Shown: positions 19,571 to 27,887 of the stretch, piece by piece
How positions within the stretch are numbered: position 1 is the stretch's first letter
Layout: each line of letters starts with the position of its first letter
DNA from: an uncultured delta proteobacterium
GTDB lineage: Bacteria > Desulfobacterota > BSN033 > UBA1163
NCBI GenBank assembly: GCA_963708295.1
Contig: CAVPSJ010000012.1
Span: 64,001 to 128,000 of the forward strand
Length of the DNA stretch: 64,000 nucleotides
Reading direction: 5' to 3'
The notes under the pieces: generated by a model
Seen by the model: the letters and a program-made list of their open reading frames with translations, nothing else
The model's database searches: none
Told to the model about the DNA's origin: nothing
Program-made: the position numbers and the translations under genes

Positions 19571-20551
19571 ATGTACAAGTTTATCTTTGCCTTCGGTTTG
19601 ATTGTTTCCGGACTGTTGATCGGATACGGAATCCAGACACTCGTCAGAAGAAAGGTCCTCGATCTTCCTCTACCCCTATTAGATCGACTCAGAAGATTTC
19701 TGGTGATGCTGGTTCTCCTGTTCATCAACCCGGTCACGATTGTGGGTGCTCTATGGACCATCAGAATGAATGACGGACGCCTGATGGCTTTCCCGGTCCT
19801 GGAGGTTTTCGCCATCCTTCTGGGAGGATTCCTGGCACTCGGGGCCTCAAAGATCTTGAAATTGGAACGGAGAAAAATCGGCTCAATGTTTGCCTGCGGT
19901 TTTTTTACCAACACGCTTTCCATCGGAGGACTGATCTGCTTTGTCTTTCTCGGGGAGATGGGGTTTGCCCTCGTCGCCTTTTACAGGATTTTTGAGGAGT
20001 TTATGTATTATGGCGTAGGCTTTCCTATGGCGAAACTCTACAGCACCGATACTCATGAGAAGGAGGTCTGGCAGGACAAACTCAAAAGGTTGGGGACGGA
20101 CACCTTTGTCCTTGTTTCTCTCAGCAGTCTTTTCACAGGAGGGTTACTCAATCTTTCCGGACTGAGAAGACCCGAAGTTTACCAGATCATCAATTCGATC
20201 CTGATTCCTCTTGGAACATTGGCCCTGCTTATTTCGATTGGACTCGCCATGAGGATCAAGACGATTCAAGACTACCTGAAGGAGTGCATGGTCATATCAG
20301 GGATCAAATTATTGATTGTCCCTGTCATTCTGACCCTAACAGCCTTCCTTCTGGGTTACGGAAAGATTGAAGAGGGGTTGCCATTGAAAGTGGTCATGAT
20401 CCTTTCGTCCATGCCGGTGGCATTTACTGCCTTGGTCCCTCCTTCCATTTACGGTCTCGATATCGACCTGGCAAATTCATGCTGGTTATTCAGCACCGCT
20501 CTGTTGGCCGTTGTCCTGCCGGTTTTATATATCGCCACCCAGTCCCTTTAG
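19571..20551 (+). CDS. AEC (auxin efflux carrier)-family transporter
   Basis: About 10 TM helices; F.NT..IGG, IKLLIVP, SSMPVAF motifs. Confidence 0.8.
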   Translation: MYKFIFAFGLIVSGLLIGYGIQTLVRRKVLDLPLPLLDRLRRFLVMLVLLFINPVTIVGALWTIRMNDGRLMAFPVLEVFAILLGGFLALGASKILKLERRKIGSMFACGFFTNTLSIGGLICFVFLGEMGFALVAFYRIFEEFMYYGVGFPMAKLYSTDTHEKEVWQDKLKRLGTDTFVLVSLSSLFTGGLLNLSGLRRPEVYQIINSILIPLGTLALLISIGLAMRIKTIQDYLKECMVISGIKLLIVPVILTLTAFLLGYGKIEEGLPLKVVMILSSMPVAFTALVPPSIYGLDIDLANSCWLFSTALLAVVLPVLYIATQSL

Positions 20552-20601
20552 TCCATTTTTTGCCGCCTCTCTAACCGCTTTTTCGAAATCAGCGGTGGCT
20601 A

Positions 20602-20697
20602 TCAACCATCGACGTTCTTTGTCGCCTGGTCACAGCCGATGCATAAAAATAGGATCAGGATTGCGAAAATGAATCTCATTCGTGTCGAGTGTCGCAT
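20602..20697 (-). pseudogene. N-terminal remnant of signal peptidase II (LspA-like)
   Basis: MRHSTRMRFIFAILILFLCIGCDQATKNV.. (DQ.TK motif) then premature stop. Confidence 0.55.
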
Positions 20698-20702
20698 GTT
20701 CG

Positions 20703-21191
20703 TTACTCCCTCGGCCGTCGCTGACCGGTGTTGCTCACCTGTTGGACGAGCACGTAGGCCATGAGACCCCCCATATACAGCACTCCTAACAGAAAAGAGA
20801 GACCCGCTTGAAGCCACGTGATTCGGTGCGTAGAGAGAAACATGAAGTACGCGTAAAGCACGAGCGGGATGTAGATCAGCGCGCCTGAGATGACACCGGG
20901 ATAGTACCTCTTCGTTACGATGGCCCCGCGAATGTGCAGAACGGCATTTGTGAAGACGAGGCTGAAGACTGACAAGCTCAGAACAAGGTTCGCCTTTCCG
21001 ATGAACGCGCTGAGAAGACACAACAGAACCAAGAGACCGTTCACCGCCAGATGAAACTTCAGCGTGAAAAGAGCCGTCGCCCTTGGAAGCAGTCTCTCAA
21101 GCGCACCTGCGAAGCCTCCGGGATAGACGTATTCTTCCAAGATGTGTACGACCGCAGCGCCCGGCAGCGCATCAAATACCCAATCCCCCAT
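20703..21191 (-). CDS. HXXEE-domain membrane protein (cassette)
   Basis: VHILEEYVYPGGF, NA.LH, YYPGV. Confidence 0.88.
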   Translation of the reverse strand: MGDWVFDALPGAAVVHILEEYVYPGGFAGALERLLPRATALFTLKFHLAVNGLLVLLCLLSAFIGKANLVLSLSVFSLVFTNAVLHIRGAIVTKRYYPGVISGALIYIPLVLYAYFMFLSTHRITWLQAGLSFLLGVLYMGGLMAYVLVQQVSNTGQRRPRE

Positions 21192-21233
21192 ATTTCCTCC
21201 TCCTCTCGTTTTCGCCCAAGAATCGCAAGATCG

Positions 21234-21316
21234 GGCTAACGCAAAGGGTGAGGCGGGGAGGTCGCCCTTACGATGAGGCCGGGCTACGCACGCTCGCCTC
21301 GAACCGCTTGCTAGCT
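21234..21316 (-). other. attC site (R'' degenerate)
   Basis: Minus strand AGCTAGC AAGCGGTTCGAGGCG...CGCCTCACCCTTTGC GTTAGCC. Confidence 0.75.
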
Positions 21317-21326
21317 GAATCGTTTC

Positions 21327-21686
21327 TCAGCAATAATTTATCCCAATTTTCTTAGTAATCTTGTCCAAGGTTTTATCGAAGGTCCAAAGAGGAACATCCG
21401 TTAGTAGAGCCGCGGCAATCAGATGAACATCTATATAGCCTAACCCCTTTCCCATAAGTTGATGATTCTCAATTAATTTTAAGACTTCTCCATCTTCGGC
21501 TAAGATTGTCATAGGAAGTGATTGAAGATATATAAGGATTTCATGCCTATTTTTGAGATTCCCACAGGCAAGCTCACCAACAATGAATGGATGGCATACA
21601 ACTTCCCCATCATTCAATAATTTCTCAAGGCCCACATTTCCATCACGCAGGTGAGACACCCATACGGAGGTATCAACAAGAACCAT
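21327..21686 (-). CDS. vapC: VapC PIN-domain toxin
   Basis: MVLVDTSVW, HPFIVGELACG, GLGYIDVHL, LWTFDK. Confidence 0.93.
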   Translation of the reverse strand: MVLVDTSVWVSHLRDGNVGLEKLLNDGEVVCHPFIVGELACGNLKNRHEILIYLQSLPMTILAEDGEVLKLIENHQLMGKGLGYIDVHLIAAALLTDVPLWTFDKTLDKITKKIGINYC

Positions 21687-21687
21687 T

Positions 21688-21885
21688 TTATTTCTCTGCT
21701 ATTCTCCGGCGGGGTATCATTTTCAATCCCTTTTCGGTTCCGCCCAGTTTCGCAAGCCTCTTACTACTTTCCATTGCAATTAATGCCTCTAACCCAAGCT
21801 TGACGAGTGTTGTTTTTTCTTTAATGCCTGTCAGTTTTGAAACCTTCTTAATTAGGTTGTCTTCGATGTTTAAGGTCGTCCTCAT
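21688..21885 (-). CDS. vapB: VapB antitoxin
   Basis: MRTTLNIEDNLI...TGIKEKT.LV..GLEALI..ES.KRLA.LGGT. Confidence 0.92.
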   Translation of the reverse strand: MRTTLNIEDNLIKKVSKLTGIKEKTTLVKLGLEALIAMESSKRLAKLGGTEKGLKMIPRRRIAEK

Positions 21886-21912
21886 ATAATCCTCCTGTAT
21901 CATATATGTATC

Positions 21913-21942
21913 AATATGCATGATTAGTGCATACATTGTCAA
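21913..21942 (-). promoter_or_regulatory. vapBC promoter with palindromic operator
   Basis: TTGACA -35 box; perfect inverted repeat TATGCA-N7-TGCATA (21915-21933) over the spacer/-10. Confidence 0.65.
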
Positions 21943-22004
21943 GACCTTCCCGAGATAACGGCAGGCTATTCACGCTTCTTGAGAGATCATTTTGTGGAGC
22001 GTAT

Positions 22005-22149
22005 GGGGTCAGGTCTTGAATTATCAGTTTTGTTTATCCCTGTTCATAATCTTGCTGACCGTAGTATAATGCACCCTTAAATGATCGGCAATCTGTTTTA
22101 AGGTGTAACCATGGGTGACATGTGCATGATAGATGGCCCGGTCTCTTTG
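22005..22149 (-). pseudogene. 3' remnant of a second Y1/RAYT-like transposase element (C-terminal HTH + end motif)
   Basis: QRDRAIYHAHVTHGYTLKQIADHLRVHYTTVSKIMNRDKQN* followed by AATTCAAGACCTGACCCC; same layout (HTH, stop, end ending in CCCC) as the 25-26 kb element. Confidence 0.65.
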
Positions 22150-22153
22150 CGGT

Positions 22154-22682
<529 letters not shown>

Positions 22683-22706
22683 TTACTTGTCGCAGTTATT
22701 ACTGAG

Positions 22707-22769
22707 GCCGAACATAGGCGTCACCCGGAGCCGGTTGTTTCGGCGATCGGGTGCACGCACTCGTTCGGT
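22707..22769 (-). other. attC site
   Basis: ACCGAAC GAGTGCGTGCACCCGATCGCCGAAACAACCGGCTCCGGGTGACGCCTAT GTTCGGC; L boxes pair with an extrahelical base. Confidence 0.85.
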
Positions 22770-22941
22770 CGCCTTTTCCTGAAGGGCCAATTGGCTATGG
22801 CGAAAATAACGGCAAAATAGCTTGCCAATGCTGCCGTGATGTCCAAACCCTCGAAGGAGGAATGTGTGTCTGGGACGATGTACGTCTGCTTCAAGCCGAG
22901 CACACTACCGAAGCAAAGTGTAGAAACCATGCAATTGAGCT

Positions 22942-23313
22942 TCACCAAGTTTGAGTAGCAGTTTCGATTGTAACAGCCAAGGTGGCACGTAGCCAGCTGA
23001 ACCTTTCCTTCATGAAATCAAAATCAGGGCCGGACGTCACGAACCTTGCCGTTCCCTTGATCAAGAAACCGGCACCCGGCCCATGCAGGCCCTCGACCTT
23101 ACTGCTCCCCAATGTAATCAACACATTCGGATTATGGGCAATGTTGGCCTCCGTCTTGTGCATGTAACCTGCGGGGATAAACAGCCGTTCATCTTCTGAT
23201 ATCCTGAGGTAACTATTCCAGGTATTGACCAAGTGGGGGCCATCAGGTCCCAGGGTGGCGATCGCAACAACTCCGTCCTTCTTCATGATTTCCTTCAGTT
23301 TCTCCGGGATCAT
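22942..23313 (-). CDS. FMN-binding split-barrel protein (pyridoxamine 5'-phosphate oxidase family)
   Basis: GVVAIAT...GPHLVNTWNSY, PAG.M.KTE.N, LGS..VEG..GPGAGFLI.G. Confidence 0.9.
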   Translation of the reverse strand: MIPEKLKEIMKKDGVVAIATLGPDGPHLVNTWNSYLRISEDERLFIPAGYMHKTEANIAHNPNVLITLGSSKVEGLHGPGAGFLIKGTARFVTSGPDFDFMKERFSWLRATLAVTIETATQTW

Positions 23314-23349
23314 CGTGTTCCTCCTTTTTTGTTTGGTTTGTTATTATGC

Positions 23350-23415
23350 GACGAACGAAAAAGGTCACCGGGAGCCAGATTTATCGGCGCTGTCGCCTCG
23401 ATTTTTTTGTTAGGG
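23350..23415 (-). other. attC site (apparently chimeric)
   Basis: CCCTAAC AAAAAAATCGAGGCGAC...GGCTCCCGGTGACCTTTTTC GTTCGTC; the two L arms are not mutually complementary. Confidence 0.7.
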
Positions 23416-23416
23416 G

Positions 23417-23896
23417 CTATTCGTCTTTGCATTTATCGCCTTTCAATATTCTTTCCTCTGCATATTGCGAAAGATAGCCCGAACCTCGAACAAACTTGGG
23501 AAGTGGTTCGATGCCGATTAATGGTATACATCTCTTATACTCCCTGATCAGCGAAAGCATGCGCTTACCGCGATTAATGACTTCACAGACTAATTCCTCT
23601 CCGGGATGTTCACCCATGTACACATTAAGTAAGTATGCCACTGCCTCATCGCCAGCTTTAGATCGGTTTTTCAAAATAGAATAAAAGCGCTTTTCGACGT
23701 CAGGAGTATATTGAGATTCACCACGCCAACGACCGTCTTCGGTAAACTGTTCTTTGTTCTGTTTTACACGTAGCTGCATCAATGGCTTAATCAGTTTCAT
23801 TGCTTTGTCTGAGAATTTTGCAGGTTTGCAATCATCAGCAATGGCAGCAGACACCAACAAAAGCATGCAGATAATAATATTCGTTATTATTCTCAT
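23417..23896 (-). CDS. secreted hypothetical protein (cassette)
   Basis: Signal peptide (..LLLVSAAIA); AT-rich; bounded by matching GTTAGGG/CCCTAAC boxes. Confidence 0.8.
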   Translation of the reverse strand: MRIITNIIICMLLLVSAAIADDCKPAKFSDKAMKLIKPLMQLRVKQNKEQFTEDGRWRGESQYTPDVEKRFYSILKNRSKAGDEAVAYLLNVYMGEHPGEELVCEVINRGKRMLSLIREYKRCIPLIGIEPLPKFVRGSGYLSQYAEERILKGDKCKDE

Positions 23897-23903
23897 TTTA
23901 TTG

Positions 23904-23962
23904 CCCTAACGTTACTCCTCAGGCGCGGCCTTTGGGACGCCGCCTGGAGGAGCTTGTTGGCC
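23904..23962 (-). other. attC site (59 bp)
   Basis: GGCCAAC AAGCTCCTCCAGGCGGCGTCCCAAAGGCCGCGCCTGAGGAGTAAC GTTAGGG. Confidence 0.9.
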
Positions 23963-24538
23963 TTTCTTTTCCTTGATGCAGTGCTTTGAGTGCGTCAGAC
24001 CCGTGAGAGCTGTTATTACTGCCCCACCGAGAAAAACAGTAGAGCCTGTGAAGAGATAGACAACCAAAAAAAGGACCGCAAAGCTAAGGAGTTCAACGAA
24101 AGATATTCGGTAACTCAACCATTTTTCATAGCGAATCTGCCCCGACAGCCCTCGATGCTCCTTGGCAATGCGAAACAGCGAGATGTTTCTAATATGTCTG
24201 ACAAGAATGGCGGCTTCTCTCAAAATAAGCCCGCCACATAGAAAACGGAAGAAGTACGATGCGATCAAATCTTCTTTGGAAACATACCAAAGGAACACGA
24301 TGATGATTGAGGTTATAGCTGCCGCGCGGAAGAACCGCGGGCTGAACATGCGGAGCACGTCGATATCCTTCTGGAATTCGGGAGTAAGTTCGTAGCTACC
24401 TTCGAACACGAAATGATCCCTCGCTCCAGCGGTTAGGTATCGCGCCCCGAGAATCGTCAGATAGTAATCCGAGATGTAAAGCATGACCCATAGCGGAAGA
24501 ACAACCCAAAGCTTCTGGAATATGAATTCTTCAAACAT
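23912..24538 (-). CDS. hypothetical multi-pass membrane protein (cassette; reads through its attC)
   Basis: 208 aa, about 5 TM segments; last residues encoded by the attC. Confidence 0.8.
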   Translation of the reverse strand: MFEEFIFQKLWVVLPLWVMLYISDYYLTILGARYLTAGARDHFVFEGSYELTPEFQKDIDVLRMFSPRFFRAAAITSIIIVFLWYVSKEDLIASYFFRFLCGGLILREAAILVRHIRNISLFRIAKEHRGLSGQIRYEKWLSYRISFVELLSFAVLFLVVYLFTGSTVFLGGAVITALTGLTHSKHCIKEKKGQQAPPGGVPKAAPEE

Positions 24539-24550
24539 CGTATCTCACAA

Positions 24551-24639
24551 GGCCAACGAAAGAAATAAGGCGCGGGGGCAACCACCCTCGCTAAATGGCG
24601 ACGGGGCTATTCCCCGTCGCCTTGATTGACTGGTTGGCA
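24551..24639 (-). other. attC site (89 bp)
   Basis: TGCCAAC CAGTCAATCAAGGCGACGGGGAATAGCCCCGTCGCC...CGCGCCTTATTTCTTTC GTTGGCC. Confidence 0.88.
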
Positions 24640-24640
24640 G

Positions 24641-24934
24641 TTATTGTCTTGCCATCTGGACTCGGGAGACGACCATTGCTGCCCAAAGGATAAGGATGAC
24701 CACCAAAATAATCTTCTCTTTCAGTCTCGATCTGGCCTTCTGCTCGTCCGGAATCAGCTCAAGATCACGGAAGAATAGAATACTTACAAGGGCAATAGGA
24801 AAACCGAAGGCCCCGGCAACCCACCATAAGGCGCGACTGCGGTGCTTTCGTTTTGCTAGGACGCCAGGGATTGCACCCAGACCGATAGAAATCAAGATGA
24901 AGATCAGAAGCGGCAGAAACATCAATAAGTTCAT
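24641..24934 (-). CDS. small membrane protein (cassette)
   Basis: MNLLMFLP..; LA.RK.RS..LWW..G..G motif; RBS GGAG; 3 TM segments. Confidence 0.75.
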   Translation of the reverse strand: MNLLMFLPLLIFILISIGLGAIPGVLAKRKHRSRALWWVAGAFGFPIALVSILFFRDLELIPDEQKARSRLKEKIILVVILILWAAMVVSRVQMARQ

Positions 24935-24946
24935 TTCATCATCTCC

Positions 24947-25017
24947 TGCCAACGCGCGAGTTGACCGACTTTTTGCCCTGGCAATGGGCGCGTGACGCCC
25001 GATTGACGGCCGGGAAT
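24947..25017 (-). other. truncated attC (L'/R' half), cut by the Y1 element
   Basis: ...GGGCGTCACGCGCCC...GTCGGTCAACTCGCGC GTTGGCA; R' matches R'' TGCCAAC at 24633-24639. Confidence 0.75.
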
Positions 25018-26111
25018 GGGGGACGTCCATAAAAATATAAGATTCTACCCTTCCATCAGTTGGAGATGTCTTTCTTCGATGATTCTCGCCCCCCGTTTTA
25101 CCGCCTGACTCACCGCTGGCTGTGTCACACCCAGCCTCCTTGCCACCTCCGTCCCACTCACGCCCAGCTCCCTCACCGCCCAGTAACTCACCACACTGCG
25201 GGCGGCCACCCCCCTCGGGGACTTCCCCTCTGTCTTGACCTCCTCCACTCTCATCCCAAACAGCTCTGCCACCCTTCCGATGATTCCCTCCAGATTCAAT
25301 CCTTCCGCTCTCAATCCGTATCGCCGCTCCATCGCCTCTTCCGACGCCTTAAGCACGTCCCCCACAAATTCGCTCTCCCCTAAAATCCGCTCATCTCCTT
25401 TGAACCGGCCTCTCCACCTCCCCAGTCCCTCAACTCCTTCCCATCCCCCTAGACTCCGAATCAGCCCTCCTCCCATCAGATCCGGCCTTCGCCCCCTCCG
25501 TACCCCCTGTTCGACATACTCCCGGTACTTTCTTCTTGCCACTTTCACCCTGCGCCCGAAATACGCTAATACCGTGTCCACATCCTGCCACTCTCTCTTC
25601 CGAAACCCCATGATCACACTGTGTCCGCTGTACGGATAGTGGTCCAGCGCATCTAAACTCTCCACCATTTTCCCCCGGAGTGCGTTCAGGTGAATATAAC
25701 GGACCAGTTCCAACAGATATCGATCCTCCTGACACAGAATCGATTTGTAACGATTCTGAAATAACACCCCATGTCTTCGGTGCCGTCGATTGTAAGTCAC
25801 GGCGTAGCCGGTCAGAAGCCGCCGCATCAGTCCTGCCACGGAAATTACTCCGCTCCGTACCAGAAGATGGACATGGTTGGGCAGCAGAGCCCAGGCAAAA
25901 CAGGATGTTTTCGTTTCCAAAAGAAGAAGTCCCAGACGGTCGAGAAACACGCTACGATCCTCATCGTCCTGGAAGATTCGCTTCCGCTCGATTCCTCGCA
26001 CAATGAGATGCTGCACTCCGCCAGGATAATCGATCCTTGCTTTCCGAGGCATGAAAACACCCTATCAACTCCCAACCAACATGTCAACTTATAATTTTAT
26101 GGACGTCCCCC
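25018..26111 (-). mobile_element. HUH/Y1 (RAYT-like) transposase element with 24-bp inverted repeats
   Basis: GGGGGACGTCCATAAAAATATAAG (25018-25041) and CTTATAATTTTATGGACGTCCCCC (26088-26111), 23/24 complementary; no obvious target-site duplication. Confidence 0.88.
25045..26052 (-). CDS. Y1 tyrosine transposase (RAYT/TnpA-like) with C-terminal HTH
   Basis: MPRKARID.PG..H.I.RG, HUH motif PNHVHLL, LFQNRYKS, catalytic RYIHLN, YPYSG, C-terminal EVARRLGVTQPAVS. Confidence 0.93.
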   Translation of the reverse strand: MPRKARIDYPGGVQHLIVRGIERKRIFQDDEDRSVFLDRLGLLLLETKTSCFAWALLPNHVHLLVRSGVISVAGLMRRLLTGYAVTYNRRHRRHGVLFQNRYKSILCQEDRYLLELVRYIHLNALRGKMVESLDALDHYPYSGHSVIMGFRKREWQDVDTVLAYFGRRVKVARRKYREYVEQGVRRGRRPDLMGGGLIRSLGGWEGVEGLGRWRGRFKGDERILGESEFVGDVLKASEEAMERRYGLRAEGLNLEGIIGRVAELFGMRVEEVKTEGKSPRGVAARSVVSYWAVRELGVSGTEVARRLGVTQPAVSQAVKRGARIIEERHLQLMEG

Positions 26112-26443
26112 TTGTTTCCCATGAATATTAAATACCAGTGTCCCGGGAAAACCCACCATGTAAGCAGTGTGGAGTAACCCGCTCCAATAATTAATATTCT
26201 CTTTCTCGTCTCAGGAATATACCAATAACGGCGGCAGATAGCCTCAACCGGCATTGCAATTAAAATAATAAAAAGTAGCGGGAACGAAAAAAAATAGTAC
26301 GCAATTTGCGGTCCCATGTTAGGGTGGTAATCCATGTATTTGTAATATTCTACTCTCAAATAGAGAAGAATGAATAAACCGACTAAAGCGCCTATTACGA
26401 TGAATGGCATGGCCGACCAATATTTAATTTCTTTTGATGTCAT
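26084..26443 (-). pseudogene. cassette membrane protein gene truncated by the Y1 element
   Basis: ORF runs into the inverted repeat (..GNKGDVHKIIS*); starts right after R' GTTAAAC. Confidence 0.65.
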
Positions 26444-26452
26444 TTTATTTTG

Positions 26453-26522
26453 GTTTAACGATTTGCATAACCTGCGCGGGCAGTCACCATGCCCAAAACC
26501 TGACGCGGCTATTCCGCGTCAC
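26453..26522 (-). other. truncated attC (L'/R' half)
   Basis: GACGCGGAATAGCCGCGTCAGG...CGCGCAGGTTATGCAAATC GTTAAAC; same internal hairpin style as attC 24551-24639. Confidence 0.7.
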
Positions 26523-26696
26523 CATTAAGAGTTGAGGCATTATATTTATTGCAACCCGGACACAAATGCCGGGGCTTTCTAACGGGGTCAAAAGCCCGGT
26601 GGATACCTAAAGGAAACGATAGACAATGATATGGTGCAGGTTGTCCGGGGCGTCAAGATATTCTAGCACAAACGCATTTATTTCTTTGACATAAGC

Positions 26697-26885
26697 TCCC
26701 CTCACCCTTCCCCCCTCCCCACTGGGGAGAGGGTGGGGTGAGGGAGGATTGAACCTGGCGGGGTTGACTATGATTCAAGTAACATCATTCCGAACCTTGC
26801 TCTGGAGCAAGGAACGGCGCCCCTCTATGTTGTAAATAGTCTCATCACCCCCACCCTCACCCTCCCCCGTCGAAGGGGGAGGGGA
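26697..26885. repeat. G/C-tract REP-like palindromes (family D)
   Basis: CCCTCACCC..CTCCCCACTGGGGAGAGGGTGGGGTGAGGG; CCCCCACCCTCACCTCCCCCGTCGAAGGGGGAGG. Confidence 0.7.
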
Positions 26886-26956
26886 TTAGGTTAAGGCGCG
26901 AGGGCCGATTTTTCGATTCCCTTTGTTTAGCCTGAAAACTGTTTTATCATTTGTTC

Positions 26957-27580
26957 ATGTGGACCAGAAGAAAACTCCTGAGAACGTGGTTTTGGGCTGC
27001 TTTATCAAGCTTCATTTTTCATCCCCTCTCCATCGGCTGGGCCGAGACAAAGAAGATCCTTCCAAAGGGATTCTCAAAAAACAAGCTCAAGGACATGAAC
27101 CCGGCTGAAATTGACGACCGAAATCTTGAGATTGATCCCCTTGGAAAATTCGGAACGATGGGGCCGACGGACGTACCCATCGATCTAAAAACGTATCGAC
27201 TCAAGGTCACGGGAAAGGTGGAACGCCCTCTTTCGCTCAGTTACGATGAAATTCTCAAGTCTCCCCCCTTGACGGAGACGGTCCTGCTCATCTGTCCTGG
27301 CTTCTTTGCCAATAACGGACGCTGGACTGGCTTCAATTTGAAGAGCTTCTTTGAAGAGGCGCAGATTAAGAAAGAGGCTCAATTTATCGACGTTGTGGGA
27401 GCCAGCGAAAAGCGAGTTAGAATTCCGTTAAAAGATCTCGACCAGAAAAAGATCTTTCTGGCCTACCGGGTGAACGGTGAAGCCCTTCCCCAAAAACACG
27501 GGTTTCCGTTGAGACTGGTTTACGAAGACGCCTATGGGTATGATTGGGTGAAGTATGTGGATGAAATCGTCGTCTCATAG
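26957..27580 (+). CDS. sulfite-oxidase-family (MsrP/YedY-like) molybdopterin oxidoreductase, Tat-like leader
   Basis: WTRRKLL; L.VTG.V..PL.L; LICPG; WTG; LAY.VNGE.LP.KHGFPLRLV....YG..WVKY. Confidence 0.88.
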   Translation: MWTRRKLLRTWFWAALSSFIFHPLSIGWAETKKILPKGFSKNKLKDMNPAEIDDRNLEIDPLGKFGTMGPTDVPIDLKTYRLKVTGKVERPLSLSYDEILKSPPLTETVLLICPGFFANNGRWTGFNLKSFFEEAQIKKEAQFIDVVGASEKRVRIPLKDLDQKKIFLAYRVNGEALPQKHGFPLRLVYEDAYGYDWVKYVDEIVVS

Positions 27581-27618
27581 ATAGTCGGCGGTTGAAATAT
27601 GACCATCCGTAGGAAAAG

Positions 27619-27642
27619 GGAACGCATATATGCGTTCCCTAC
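27619..27642 (-). repeat. GTAG-type REP
   Basis: GTAG+GGAACGCA-TATA-TGCGTTCC; identical copy at 30650-30673 with shared flank ATTTCGGAAGTCCCCG. Confidence 0.75.
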
Positions 27643-27887
27643 AAAGGATTTCGGAAGTCCCCGTGAACGGGATTTCGAAGACTCAACTCGCATCAACTGA
27701 GCGGATATACGCTTTGAAAAATCTCCCCTATCCCCTCTTTGCCAAAGAGGGGAATTTCGTCCCTATTTCAGAGGTAGTCTCTCACGTCTGAATAATTACG
27801 CATTGATTAATATTAGCAAACCATTGAGCAGAAAGCGGAGACGGCGGACTCAATTTTCGGATCATCCGGTTATTGAGTCATTGGAAT

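Noticed and set aside
20574-20597. attC at the left end of the array
   Set aside because: Short hairpin CCGCT..AGCGG between convergent genes, lacking paired R boxes; more like a terminator.
21953-22004. Possible attC right half (GTTATCT) upstream of vapB
   Set aside because: Only a 7-bp box that imperfectly matches the cassette R'' (AGCTAGC), with no convincing L' arm.
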